Source: Bacillota bacterium (lineage in GTDB: Bacteria > Bacillota > JAAYKD01). From it: a stretch of DNA of 64,000 nucleotides. Location of the stretch: positions 512,001 to 576,000 of the forward strand of contig OY762825.2 of NCBI GenBank assembly GCA_963666425.2. The letters run 5' to 3'. A program made the position numbers and the translations under genes. Below the pieces are notes generated by a model. That model made no database searches. It worked only from the letters and a program-made list of their open reading frames with translations, and was not told the origin of the DNA. Shown here in pieces: positions 53,355-63,897 of this stretch; the stretch's first letter is position 1; every line of letters begins with the position of its first letter.

Positions 53355-56300
53355 TTAATCCGGTTGCTTTGCCATCTTGCTGTGCATGGCAAAACGCTCG
53401 TTGGCTTCGGTTTCCGCCTTGGCAAAGAGGCGCTCCGCTTCCTGCGGGAATTGTTTCGCCAGGGCGGAATAACGGACTTCGCTCATCAAAAATGTCTTGA
53501 AATCGGCTTGCGCTGCCTGATAGTCGATTTGGAAGGGATTTTCGTCGGCTGCTGTCCGCTCCGGATTGTAACGGTAGAGCGGCCAATAACCAGCTAAGGT
53601 GGCTTTCTTGGCTTCCAACTGCGATTCGCTCATATTGATGCCATGATTGATGCAGGGAGAATAACAGATCAGCAGTGACGGACCGTTGTAACTTTCCGCT
53701 TCCGCCAGCGCCTTGACAAATTGACTTTGATTGGCACCCATATTGACGGACGCGACATAGACGTAGCCGTAGGACATCGCCATCATACCGAGATCTTTTT
53801 TCTTGTTTTTCTTGCCGGTGGCGGCAAATTTAGCCAAAGCACCGGTCGGCGTCGCTTTGGAGGCTTGACCATTGGTATTGGAATAGACTTCCGTATCGAG
53901 CACCAGCACATTGACATCAAGGTTCTGCGCCAGAACATGATCCAAGCCGCCATAGCCGATATCGTAAGCCCAGCCATCACCGCCAAAGATCCAAATGGAC
54001 GGTTTGACAAATAAATCGCTGCGCTCTAGAATTTCCGCAAAGGCCTTTTGCTCGGCCGCAGGGACTTTGACCATCGCTTCCGGCAGCAATGCTTTTAATT
54101 GCTCGCCGTAAGCCCTAGAGAGTTTGGCATCCATGCGATGCTGCAGCCAATTTTCCAAGGCTGTTTTTACTTCGCCAATGATCGGTGTCGTCAGCAGTTG
54201 GGTGACCAGTTCGGCCAATTGATCGCGGCGCTGGATATAGGCAACCGCCATGCCAAAGCCGTATTCCGCATTATCTTCAAAGAGGGAATTGCCCCAGGCC
54301 GGGCCCTGCCCTTTTTGGTTACTGCAGTAGGGATTGGACGGCGCGCTGCCGCCGTAAATGGAAGAACAGCCGGTGGCGTTGGCAATCACCATGCGGTCGC
54401 CGAATAATTGAGTCACTACTTTGATATAAGGCGTTTCGCCGCAGCCGGCACAGGCGCCGGAGAATTGGAAGAGCGGCAGATTGAACTGACTGCCTTTGAC
54501 GGTTGCCGCATTAAATTGATTCTCTGTTCTGGGCAGTTTTTCTACGAATTCGTACTTCGCAATTTCGGCTTCCTTCACGGTCTCCAGATTTTGCAGCAGC
54601 AGCGCTTTGTCTTTGGCGGGGCACACCTCTACGCAGTTGCCGCAGCCGGTGCAGTCCAGAGGCGACACTTGAATGATGAATTGTTTGCCGGCCGCTTCTT
54701 TGCCGATGGCCGCTTTGCTCATCAGGCCGGCAGGTTTTTGACTCAAATCAGCTGCATCTGCTAAATAGGGGCGGATGGCTGCATGTGGGCAGACAAAAGA
54801 GCATTGGTTGCATTGAATGCATTTCTCCATCTGCCAAACAGGGATATCCACCGCGATACCGCGCTTTTCATAAGCGGTTGTCCCTACCGGATAGCTGCCG
54901 TCCGCCGGGAAAATGCTGACCGGCAGCTGATCCCCTTGCAGAGCAGCCATCGGTTGAGCGATCTGGCTGATAAACAGAGGCAGATCCTCTTTGATTTTAG
55001 CTGGTTCCGGCAGATCGCGCCAGGCAGCCGGTACGGGAATTTCCTGCAATCCCGCAATGGAAAGGTCGATGGCGGCAAAGTTCATCGCCACCACTTTTTC
55101 ACCTTTTTTGCCGTAGGTCTTGACCACAGCCTGCTTGATGTAATCAATGGCTTGCACTGCCGGGATGACGTTCGCGATGTGGAAGAAGCAGGACTGCATC
55201 ACAACGTTGATGCGATTGCCCATACCAACTTCGCGGGCGACTTTTAAGGCGTCGACCGTATAGAAGCGGGCTTGCTTTTCAGCCAGTGCCCGTTTCAGGT
55301 GAGCGGGCAATTTCTCTGCCATTTCTGCGGCTGTCCAGGGCGAGTTGAGCAAAAAGATGCCGCCTGTTTTGAGATCGGCAGCCATATCATATTTATCCAC
55401 AAAGGAAGGGTTATGACAGGCAATCAGGTCGGCTGCTCCAATTAGATAGGGCGATTGGATCGGCGTCTTGCCAAAACGCAGATGAGAGACGGTAATGCCG
55501 CCCGATTTCTTGGAATCGTAAACAAAGTAACCTTGCGCATAGAGATCGGTATGATCGCCGATGATTTTGATGGAATTCTTGTTGGCTCCCACTGTGCCGT
55601 CGGAACCAAGCCCGTAAAACAGGCAGCTGTAGGCGCCGGCTGGAGCGGTGTCGATTTTCTCTGAGAGCGGGAGGCTGGTGTGGGTCAGATCATCCTGAAT
55701 CCCCACCGTAAAGCCGGTCTTTGGCTGTGCACGGTGCAGATTTTGATATACCGCATGTATCATGGTCGGCGTAAAATCTTTGGATCCCAAACCGTAACGC
55801 CCTCCGACGATCAGAGGATGCTCTGTGCGATTAGCAAAGACGGCGCAGACATCAAGATACAGCGGTTCTCCCAGCGAGCCGGGTTCTTTCGTGCGGTCCA
55901 GAACGGCTATTTTTTGTACGGTTTTTGGCAGCACGCGCAGGAAATCCTGGCTGGAGAAGGGGCGGTATAAGCGGACTTTGATCAAACCGATTTTCTGTCC
56001 CTGCGCAGTCAAATAGTTGACCGTTTCTTCAATGGCTTCGCAGGCAGACCCCATGGCGACGATGATTTCGCTGGCATCCGCAGCACCGACATAATCAAAA
56101 GGCTGATAATGCCGGCCGGTCAATTCGCCGACTTTCTGCATCATTTCCGTTACAATCGCCGGAACCGCCTGATAGTAGGAGTTTGCCGCTTCGCGGCCCT
56201 GGAAATAAATATCGGCATTTTGAGCGGTACCATGCTGCACCGGGTGTTCTGGGTTGAGCGCTCGGGCACGGAAAGCTTTGACTTCATCCCAATCAATCAG

Positions 56301-56879
56301 TTTAGCCATTTCCTGATAATCGATCAGTTCAATTTTTTGAATTTCATGCGAAGTGCGAAAACCGTCAAAGAAATGCAGGAAGGGCAGGTGAGCTTTTAAT
56401 GTGGCAAGGTGCGCCACCAAAGCCAGGTCCATCACTTCCTGCACGGAAGCGGAAGCCAACATGACAAAGCCGGTCTGACGGGTGGCCATCACATCCTGAT
56501 GATCACCAAAGATCGATAAGGCATGGGTAGCAATGGCGCGCGCCGAAACATGGAAGACCGTCGGCAGCAATTCACCGGCAATTTTATACATATTGGGGAT
56601 CATCAGGAGTAAGCCTTGCGAAGCGGTAAAAGTGGTAGTCAGAGCGCCGGCGCTCAAAGCACCGTGCACTGCTCCGGCAGCGCCGGCTTCCGATTGCATT
56701 TCGGTGATTTTCAGGGTTTGGCCGAATAAGTTCTTGCGGCCGGCAGCAGCCCACTCATCGCAGACTTCCCCCATAGTGGTGGAAGGGGTAATCGGATAGA
56801 GCGCCGCAACATCACTAAAGGCGTAAGCTACATGGGCAGCCGCTGTATTGCCATCGATGGTTTGTTTTGTGACCGGCAT
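53355..56879 (-). CDS. nifJ: Pyruvate:ferredoxin (flavodoxin) oxidoreductase
   Basis: YPITPS, 2x CxxCxxCxxxCP, GACAGCGE, GGDGWAYDIG. Confidence 0.96.
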   Translation of the reverse strand: MPVTKQTIDGNTAAAHVAYAFSDVAALYPITPSTTMGEVCDEWAAAGRKNLFGQTLKITEMQSEAGAAGAVHGALSAGALTTTFTASQGLLLMIPNMYKIAGELLPTVFHVSARAIATHALSIFGDHQDVMATRQTGFVMLASASVQEVMDLALVAHLATLKAHLPFLHFFDGFRTSHEIQKIELIDYQEMAKLIDWDEVKAFRARALNPEHPVQHGTAQNADIYFQGREAANSYYQAVPAIVTEMMQKVGELTGRHYQPFDYVGAADASEIIVAMGSACEAIEETVNYLTAQGQKIGLIKVRLYRPFSSQDFLRVLPKTVQKIAVLDRTKEPGSLGEPLYLDVCAVFANRTEHPLIVGGRYGLGSKDFTPTMIHAVYQNLHRAQPKTGFTVGIQDDLTHTSLPLSEKIDTAPAGAYSCLFYGLGSDGTVGANKNSIKIIGDHTDLYAQGYFVYDSKKSGGITVSHLRFGKTPIQSPYLIGAADLIACHNPSFVDKYDMAADLKTGGIFLLNSPWTAAEMAEKLPAHLKRALAEKQARFYTVDALKVAREVGMGNRINVVMQSCFFHIANVIPAVQAIDYIKQAVVKTYGKKGEKVVAMNFAAIDLSIAGLQEIPVPAAWRDLPEPAKIKEDLPLFISQIAQPMAALQGDQLPVSIFPADGSYPVGTTAYEKRGIAVDIPVWQMEKCIQCNQCSFVCPHAAIRPYLADAADLSQKPAGLMSKAAIGKEAAGKQFIIQVSPLDCTGCGNCVEVCPAKDKALLLQNLETVKEAEIAKYEFVEKLPRTENQFNAATVKGSQFNLPLFQFSGACAGCGETPYIKVVTQLFGDRMVIANATGCSSIYGGSAPSNPYCSNQKGQGPAWGNSLFEDNAEYGFGMAVAYIQRRDQLAELVTQLLTTPIIGEVKTALENWLQHRMDAKLSRAYGEQLKALLPEAMVKVPAAEQKAFAEILERSDLFVKPSIWIFGGDGWAYDIGYGGLDHVLAQNLDVNVLVLDTEVYSNTNGQASKATPTGALAKFAATGKKNKKKDLGMMAMSYGYVYVASVNMGANQSQFVKALAEAESYNGPSLLICYSPCINHGINMSESQLEAKKATLAGYWPLYRYNPERTAADENPFQIDYQAAQADFKTFLMSEVRYSALAKQFPQEAERLFAKAETEANERFAMHSKMAKQPD

Positions 56880-56982
56880 CATAATCTCTCCTTTTCCTGA
56901 TTGATTCGCATTTCTGTCATCTGCATCTGTGGAACTTTGAGTCGGACTTATGCAAGGTTATTCTTTTTTGGCTTCGATATAA

Positions 56983-57810
56983 TTACTGCTGCTTTTTCAT
57001 AAAATCAGCATTGGAAACAGCGTAGCTCACCAGGGTCGCCGCAGCGGAAACATTGAGTGATTCCACTTTTTCCGCCATGGGGATGGTGATAAATTGCTGA
57101 CAAATCTCTCGTACTTCCGGAGAAATACCGACGCTTTCGTTACCCAAGACAAAAATCGCTTTTTCGGCAAATTTCGTGCCAAAAAGGTTTTTGCCTTTGG
57201 CATCACCGGATAAACCGTAGATGGTAAAACCGGCTGTGACAGCCTGCTGCAGCGCTTCCAACAAGGTGGGGTGGCGGTAAATATTCGCCTGGAAAACGGT
57301 TGCAGCCGCTGCTTTGATTACGAAGGGCTGATTGATGCTGGGCATACCCGCTTCCGGAATCAGCAGGCCATCCAAACCGGAGGCCACCGCAGAACGGATG
57401 GTCATACCCAAATTCGCCGGGGTAGTGATGCCATCCAGGGCAATCAAACGGGCATTGGCAGGCGCTGTAGCCAGCCAGGCTGACCAATTGTTATCGATTT
57501 TGCCAATTACATCCGCAACAACACCCTGATCTTCATCTTTGTTTTTGGAAATCCGGGAAAGTTGCTCGCGGTCCATTTCTTTAACCGTGATTTTGCGTTG
57601 GTTTGCCAGCTGCACAATTTCACGAATCGCTTCGGAACGGCTGTCTTTAGCAACCAAAACCCGTTCCACTTTCACATCGGCATGGAATGCCAGCAGATCA
57701 TGCACTGTTTTTTTACCGTAGACGGTAATGAATTGTTTGAAATATTCTTTCTTGGCTAAGTATTCCGGAGAATCTACAAATTGCCGCTCCGTTGTTTTGT
57801 CTTTTGTCAT
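56983..57810 (-). CDS. TrmH/SpoU RNA methyltransferase
   Basis: PANLG..IRSA, LGNE..G, ESLNVS. Confidence 0.9.
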   Translation of the reverse strand: MTKDKTTERQFVDSPEYLAKKEYFKQFITVYGKKTVHDLLAFHADVKVERVLVAKDSRSEAIREIVQLANQRKITVKEMDREQLSRISKNKDEDQGVVADVIGKIDNNWSAWLATAPANARLIALDGITTPANLGMTIRSAVASGLDGLLIPEAGMPSINQPFVIKAAAATVFQANIYRHPTLLEALQQAVTAGFTIYGLSGDAKGKNLFGTKFAEKAIFVLGNESVGISPEVREICQQFITIPMAEKVESLNVSAAATLVSYAVSNADFMKKQQ

Positions 57811-57895
57811 TTTTTCCTCCTCCTGATCGTTCCCTTTGGAAAACGATCTCACGTAAAAAGGCAGGGAGTAATTTCTCCTGCCTTTCTGTTACGCA

Positions 57896-59044
57896 TTATT
57901 TAACTTGAAACTCAAAACTCAATTGATAAACCGTTCCTGCCTGCAATGCTACACAGCGAGAACCGATCGGATAGACACTGACCTCGTTTTGGTCGGCGGT
58001 TTTCTCCGAATCTCCCGTTGGCTGTAAACTGAAGACAGGTAAAGAAACCGTAGAATCGGCAGGAATCACGATTCCTTGCAAGAGTTCGACGAGTTCCTCC
58101 CCGGTTCCTTCTATTTTTAATTCTGTCAGAGATCCTTCTGCGGTGGCCGCTATGAGTTCATAAGCTAAGGGACTGTGCTCCGCCGCCGTTAAAATTGCTT
58201 CCTGCAGCGTCTGATCCAGTTCAATTTGCACGCTGCGCGGCTCTGGCTGCACCAAAGCGGTTGGCGGTGCTGCCGCTAAACCATAGAGCGCAGTCGGTTC
58301 TGACAAGCCATCCGGGTCAGCCGTACTGTTTGGTGCCGCCGCACTGTCCGTGGCAGCAACGCTTGCTTCCGGCAGCAGTGTGTCGTTAGTCACAGTTGGA
58401 TCGGTGAGGTTTGCTTCGGGAGGTTTAGCCAACATTTTACTGCCGCCTGTCGCTTCCTTCACGGGTGCTGTCTCGCTGTCACTAGGCGGTTCACAGGCTG
58501 TTGGCACTCCCGGCAGAGACGGAATGGCTCTTTTCATGTCTGCACTATTCGCATCCTGCTCTGTTTTTGCTGTCTGCTCCGCGCTTTCGTTTGTATCCGC
58601 CGCCGCGTCATATTCTTTTGCTGTATCCGTGATGCCAACCTCAGCCGTCGTTTGCTCCGGCCGAACCAAAAGACCCGAAGTTTGGATCAGCATCGCAACC
58701 GCGGCGATTGCCGCGATCGCGGCGGTAGTCCAAAACCGCCAGTGCCGCTTCCAGCTTTTTGCCTGAAGCGCTTTCGTTTTGGCGCTGTCGCCTGTCTTGT
58801 TCGCTGCCGCAACAGCCGTCATTTTTTCGGCTGCGATAGCCGCCATAATACTGCTATGCAGATTTGGTGGAAGTTCCGTCGGATGATCCGCTCTGATTGC
58901 AGCTTGAACTTTCTGCAGCCAAAGAATTTCCTGACGGCAAGCGGCGCATTCCGCTAAATGCTGTCTGAGTTCTGGGGGCCATTGTTCTTCCGGCAGGGAT
59001 AAAACGGCAGATAATTCTGCTCTGCAATCCTGACAATTCATCAT
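57896..59044 (-). CDS. Zinc-finger anti-sigma factor
   Basis: HLAECAAC (HxxxCxxC), single TM, downstream of ECF sigma. Confidence 0.85.
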   Translation of the reverse strand: MMNCQDCRAELSAVLSLPEEQWPPELRQHLAECAACRQEILWLQKVQAAIRADHPTELPPNLHSSIMAAIAAEKMTAVAAANKTGDSAKTKALQAKSWKRHWRFWTTAAIAAIAAVAMLIQTSGLLVRPEQTTAEVGITDTAKEYDAAADTNESAEQTAKTEQDANSADMKRAIPSLPGVPTACEPPSDSETAPVKEATGGSKMLAKPPEANLTDPTVTNDTLLPEASVAATDSAAAPNSTADPDGLSEPTALYGLAAAPPTALVQPEPRSVQIELDQTLQEAILTAAEHSPLAYELIAATAEGSLTELKIEGTGEELVELLQGIVIPADSTVSLPVFSLQPTGDSEKTADQNEVSVYPIGSRCVALQAGTVYQLSFEFQVK

Positions 59045-59673
59045 TCAGAACCTCCTTTCTGATCAGTATGACGCAAATACCCTTGAAAAAGTTCCGCCCG
59101 GCTGAGAACGATCTGCCGCAGCGCGCTGCGGGCACGGAAAATACGGGATTTGACCGTACCCAATTGACATTGCAGCAGCTCTGCAATTTCTTCGTAACTT
59201 CTGTTTTCGATATCGCAGAGGATCAAGATGATTTTTTGATCCGGGTTGAGCAACTTTAAGGCTTCCTGCACCAAAGACTGCAAATCGGAGCGTTCTAAAA
59301 GTTCCTGCGGCAGCGGGGAAGCATCGCTTGGCTCCGTCTCTTTTTCAAAAACATCTTTCTGATTTAAACTAAAGGCCACGACCTTCTCCACCCGCTGCCG
59401 TTTTCGCAAAAAATCGAGGCAGGCGTTGGTAGCCAGGCGGTAGAACCAGGTATTGAACGTGGATTCTCCTTTAAAACTGTCGAGGGAACGGTAGAGTTTC
59501 AGGAAAATCTCCTGCGTCATTTCCAAAGCATCATCCGGATTGGCCGCCATCCGATAAGCCAATTGATAGACTTTTTTTTCGTAGAGATGAACCAATTGCT
59601 CAAAGGCCGCTTCGTCTTTGCGCTGAGCCGCCAAGACCAGCTGAGCGAGTTCAGTCGCTTCGTCCTGTATCAT
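59041..59673 (-). CDS. ECF RNA polymerase sigma factor
   Basis: AFEQLV, F.TW.YR.A.N.CLD.LRK, SYEEIA, GTVKSRIFRAR. Confidence 0.93.
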   Translation of the reverse strand: MIQDEATELAQLVLAAQRKDEAAFEQLVHLYEKKVYQLAYRMAANPDDALEMTQEIFLKLYRSLDSFKGESTFNTWFYRLATNACLDFLRKRQRVEKVVAFSLNQKDVFEKETEPSDASPLPQELLERSDLQSLVQEALKLLNPDQKIILILCDIENRSYEEIAELLQCQLGTVKSRIFRARSALRQIVLSRAELFQGYLRHTDQKGGSE

Positions 59674-59762
59674 CGCGTTCCCTCCTTTCCCCCCTGCCTT
59701 GCGGCAATCGGACAATTTCTTCTGCCATCTTATCATGCGCTGATTTGCCGCGCAAGTAGCTT

Positions 59763-61235
59763 TTAGCGCTGCAGGGTGATGATCTGCGTTGCAATTCGCT
59801 GCACGAAAGCAGCGTCATGTTCCACGAAGACAATCGTAGGCGCATCCTGTAAAATAATCTCTTCAATCTGCATGCGCGACAGCAGATCAATATAATTCAG
59901 CGGTTCATCCCAGAGATAAAGGTGCGCTTTTTCACAGAGGCTGGCCGCGATCACCACTTTTTTCTTCTGTCCCATGCTATAGGTCTGCATCGGTTTTTCA
60001 AATTGCAGGCGGGAAAAATCCAGCTTGCGTAAGATCGTTTTGAACAAGCTTTCATCGATACCGTTTTGCTCGGCAAAAGCTTTTAAATCACCTTGCAAAA
60101 AAGACGTATCCTGCGGCACATAAGAGATTTTCAGCTGGCTGCCGCGGTAAATGACGCCTTGATATGGGATATCTTTATCCAAAATTAACTTGAGCAGGCT
60201 GGTTTTCCCGCAGCCGTTTTTACCCGTCAAAGCGATGCGGTCGCCGCGGTGCACTGCCAGGCGGATGTTCTGACAGACGATGCGCTGATCGTAGCTGACG
60301 CTGACATCCCGCAGTTCCAGCAAGGTATCTGCATGATAACGCAGGGGATGGATGGCAAGCTTTTCTGCCGTTTCCCGATTTTTCAGCAGCTTCGCTTTTT
60401 CTTCAATGCTGCGCTGCACGCGCTTTTCTGTGTTCTTGCTGCGCTTCATCATTTTTGCTGCCTGATGCCCGATGTAGCCGCGGTCGACCGGACCTTGCCC
60501 TATCTTTGTGTTCTCAATTTGCTGGGACCAGACGGCAGTTGCTTTGGCCAATTCCTGCAAACGCCCGATTTCCTTTTTCTGTTTCTCATTTTCGTCCCAT
60601 TCAAATTGATCCTGCCGGTTTTTATTCAGCCACCAGGAGGAGAAATTGCCGCGTTGGATTTCAATATTGGCTTGATTGATCGCCAGGATATGATCGACAC
60701 AATGGTCCAAAAAGCTGCGGTCATGCGAAACCAGAATAAAACCGGCTTTGCGCTGTAAATAATCGCTGACGATCTGCCGTGCTTTCAGATCGAGATGATT
60801 GGTCGGCTCATCAATCAATAAGAAGGAATCCTGCCGTAAAAAGAGTGCCGCCAGCAATATTTTTGTCTTTTCTCCTTCGCTTAAGGTGGAAAAAGGCCGC
60901 AGCAAAACGTCGTCTGTCAAATCCAAGAGGGAAATTTCCCGATTGATTTGCCAAACTTGCGCTTCCCCGCAGATCTCTGTCATGATTTGCTGCGTGTTTT
61001 TTTCCTGATCGGGAACCGCAAAGGGAAAATACTGAAAATCTACAGCGGCCGAAATTGTTCCCTGATAAGCATAATCGCCTAAAAGCAAGCGCAGAAAGGT
61101 CGTTTTCCCCCTGCCATTGCGGCCGACAAAGCCCAGTTTCCAATTGCTGTCCAATTGCAGATTGACCTGCTTAAAGATCGTATCATAGCTGCCTTCATAG
61201 GCAAAGGTTAAATTTTGTATGGCAATCAAGGACAT
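59763..61235 (-). CDS. ABC-F ribosomal protection protein (Lsa/CplR-like)
   Basis: Two ABC domains, no TM; MSLIAIQNLTFAYEGSYD..GRNGRGKTT, LWDEPLNYID, FVEHD. Confidence 0.85.
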   Translation of the reverse strand: MSLIAIQNLTFAYEGSYDTIFKQVNLQLDSNWKLGFVGRNGRGKTTFLRLLLGDYAYQGTISAAVDFQYFPFAVPDQEKNTQQIMTEICGEAQVWQINREISLLDLTDDVLLRPFSTLSEGEKTKILLAALFLRQDSFLLIDEPTNHLDLKARQIVSDYLQRKAGFILVSHDRSFLDHCVDHILAINQANIEIQRGNFSSWWLNKNRQDQFEWDENEKQKKEIGRLQELAKATAVWSQQIENTKIGQGPVDRGYIGHQAAKMMKRSKNTEKRVQRSIEEKAKLLKNRETAEKLAIHPLRYHADTLLELRDVSVSYDQRIVCQNIRLAVHRGDRIALTGKNGCGKTSLLKLILDKDIPYQGVIYRGSQLKISYVPQDTSFLQGDLKAFAEQNGIDESLFKTILRKLDFSRLQFEKPMQTYSMGQKKKVVIAASLCEKAHLYLWDEPLNYIDLLSRMQIEEIILQDAPTIVFVEHDAAFVQRIATQIITLQR

Positions 61236-61254
61236 TATTTTCACCTCATATCGT

Positions 61255-61504
61255 AAAAAGACTGCAAGAAAGCAGCTTCTTGCAGTCTGGTACAAGGTCA
61301 GGAAGCGGTGCCGAGCATTCTTTTTGCAAATTCGGCTTCCCTGCTGATGTAAGGCTGATTCTACTCTCTTGCTTTTGACACAAAGAATCAACGGCTCTGC
61401 TGCCGTTTTATTTCTTTGTCTGATTAGAGCAAGATTAGCTGCGCATCCTTACATCTCCTATCGTCAATTTATTCTATTTTATCATTGGCAGTCTCGACTG
61501 TCAA
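61255..61504 (-). promoter_or_regulatory. ABC-F promoter and attenuator leader with MRS uORF
   Basis: TTGACA-17-TAAAAT with extended TG; AGGAG + ATGCGCAGCTAA (61446-61435); hairpin actgcaagaa/ttcttgcagt + U tract. Confidence 0.72.
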
Positions 61505-62031
61505 GAATGCTTTGCCAGCCAATAAAGATAGGATGGATGCATCAAGCCGGTAGGCGCATAATATTCGTCTTTCAGGTAGCAAAAGCCCAACCCTTGCAGG
61601 ACTTTTTTGGAACCGCTGTTGTTGGGGTGGTGACCGGCAAAAAGCGCTTTGGCCTGCAGTACTTCTGCGGCATAAATCATGGCGCGCCGCGCCGCTTCGG
61701 TTGCCAAACCTTTTCCCCATTGCGCACGGACTAAATGCACCCCAATTTCCAGGATTCCCTGCTCCTGATCATAAGGGCGTAAGCCGCAGCAGCCTAAGAA
61801 TTCTCCCGTTGCCAAAAGAAAGATCGGCCAATACTGCATCTGATGATTTTGCTGATTTTCAATTTCTTTTGCCAGTCTGGCGCTGATCTCCGCTTCGCTG
61901 AAAAGGCCGCTGGCGCAAATCCAATGCGTCACAGCGGCGTCACCCCATAAGCTGCGCGCCAACGACAGATCTTCCCGGTGCCAGTATCGGAAGCCGATGC
62001 GTTCGCTTTGCATAAAATATTCTGTTGGCAT
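61501..62031 (-). CDS. GNAT acetyltransferase (RimJ/RimL-like)
   Basis: WGKGLATEAA, HHPNNSGSKKVLQGLGF. Confidence 0.88.
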   Translation of the reverse strand: MPTEYFMQSERIGFRYWHREDLSLARSLWGDAAVTHWICASGLFSEAEISARLAKEIENQQNHQMQYWPIFLLATGEFLGCCGLRPYDQEQGILEIGVHLVRAQWGKGLATEAARRAMIYAAEVLQAKALFAGHHPNNSGSKKVLQGLGFCYLKDEYYAPTGLMHPSYLYWLAKHS

Positions 62032-62160
62032 TTCATTTCGCCTCACTCTGCTGCTATTCGACTCATTCTAACAAATTAATAGAATTTTGACAAGCTTTCT
62101 CTTGATTTTTTTTGCAATTTCCACTAGAATTAAAGAAATGCGTTTAGGAGGCTGACTCAA

Positions 62161-63858
62161 TTGAATAATCCTCGTCAGGAATACCCACGGCCGCAGCTGG
62201 TACGACCGATTTGGCAAAACCTTAATGGTACCTGGAACTTTGAAATGGATCCCGGGAAAAGCGGACGAGCGCGCGGATTACCCGAAGCAGAACATCTCCG
62301 GCAAGAAATTCTGGTCCCCTTTTGCCCGGAAAGCAAACTCTCCGGCATCGGCTGCACAGATTTTATGCCCTGCGTCTGGTATTTGCGCACGATCACAGTT
62401 GAGCAGGATTGGCTGCTCAATCACCGCCGCACACTGCTGCATTTTGGCGCCTGTGATTACCGCACGGAAGTTTGGCTCAACGGCCATGCGGTCGGTAGTC
62501 ACAGCGGCGGCTTCGTCTCTTTTTCTTTTGATCTGACTGACTGGCTGGTTCCGGGAGAAAACCGCATCATCGTCTGCGCCGAAGACGATTTACGCAGCCG
62601 GCAGCAGCCAAGTGGCAAGCAGAGCCGCAGTTATAATTCGTACGGTTGTTATTACACCAGAACCACTGGCATCTGGCAGACGGTTTGGTTGGAAAACCTG
62701 CCTGACGCTGCGATTGTTACCACCCGCTATACCCCGCTGCTTGCTGAACAGTCTCTGTTAATCGAAGCGGTTTGTGCCAACGCTCATGGTATGACCTGCA
62801 AAGCGGAAGCGTTTTTTGCCGGTAGAACCGTAGGCAGTGCCGAAGCAGTCGTTTCCGGCAAGAAAGCTGTGCTCTGTTTACGGCTGCATGAACTGCAGCT
62901 ATGGGCTCCCGGTCAGGCGAATTTATATGATCTGCGCCTGACACTCGGCGAGGACAGCGTAGAAAGCTACTTTGGCATGCGGGATATTGTTTATCAGCAA
63001 GGGAAACTGCTGCTAAACGGCCAAGTTTTATTCCAACGTCTGGTGCTGGACCAGGGTTTCTATCCCGATGGCATTTATACTGCCGCCGACGATGAAGAAT
63101 TGAAAAGGGATATCCTACTCTCGCAGGCGATGGGCTTTCAGGGCGCGCGTCTGCATCAGAAGGTTTTTGAGCCGCGCTTTCTGTATCATTGTGATCGTCT
63201 TGGTTATTTGGTTTGGGGAGAATACGGCGATTGGGGGCTCGATTTAGCTCAGGCCGAAGCCTGGCAGAGCTTTCTGCCGGAGTGGCTGCAAATTCTGGAA
63301 CGCGATTACAATCATCCGGCTCTGGTGGGATGGTGTCCCTGCAATGAAACGCAAGAAGATCAGAACCAAGCTTTAGTGCATATGGCGGTTGCTCTCACAC
63401 ACGCTTATGATCAAACCAGACCGGTGATTGATACTTCCGGTTGGACCCATGTCAGGGGGTTGAGTGATCTCGTCGATACCCATGATTATGAACAAAACCC
63501 CGCTGTTTTTCAAGCCCGCTATGATAAGCTGATGCTTGGCGAAACGGTAGCCATGGTCAACGGCGAACCGGATCGGCCCACTTTTATGAGTGAATATGGC
63601 GGCATCTGGTGGTGCCCTGCGGCAGCGGACGGCTGGGGTTACGGCGAGCGCCCGCGCAGCGAAGAGGAGTTTTTAGACCGTTTCAGCCGACTGACGCGTG
63701 CCATCCTGCAAAACCCGAATTTCTGCGCACTCTGTTATACGCAGCTGACCGACGTGGAGCAAGAAAAAAACGGACTCTATACCGATCGGCGGCATCCCAA
63801 ATTTGATCCGCAGCGGATTGCTGCCGTGCTGCAAGAAAAAGCTGCGATTGAATCTTAA
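62161..63858 (+). CDS. Glycoside hydrolase family 2
   Basis: NLNGTWNF, LHFGACDY, GIWQTVWLE, NHPALVGW..NE, SEYGG, YTQLTDVEQE. Confidence 0.92.
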   Translation: MNNPRQEYPRPQLVRPIWQNLNGTWNFEMDPGKSGRARGLPEAEHLRQEILVPFCPESKLSGIGCTDFMPCVWYLRTITVEQDWLLNHRRTLLHFGACDYRTEVWLNGHAVGSHSGGFVSFSFDLTDWLVPGENRIIVCAEDDLRSRQQPSGKQSRSYNSYGCYYTRTTGIWQTVWLENLPDAAIVTTRYTPLLAEQSLLIEAVCANAHGMTCKAEAFFAGRTVGSAEAVVSGKKAVLCLRLHELQLWAPGQANLYDLRLTLGEDSVESYFGMRDIVYQQGKLLLNGQVLFQRLVLDQGFYPDGIYTAADDEELKRDILLSQAMGFQGARLHQKVFEPRFLYHCDRLGYLVWGEYGDWGLDLAQAEAWQSFLPEWLQILERDYNHPALVGWCPCNETQEDQNQALVHMAVALTHAYDQTRPVIDTSGWTHVRGLSDLVDTHDYEQNPAVFQARYDKLMLGETVAMVNGEPDRPTFMSEYGGIWWCPAAADGWGYGERPRSEEEFLDRFSRLTRAILQNPNFCALCYTQLTDVEQEKNGLYTDRRHPKFDPQRIAAVLQEKAAIES

Positions 63859-63897
63859 AAAACAGACCTTCTCTTTTAGAGAGAAGGTCTGTTTTTT
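63857..63897. terminator. Bidirectional intrinsic terminator
   Basis: aaaaaacagaccttctct-ttt-agagagaaggtctgtttttt. Confidence 0.88.
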
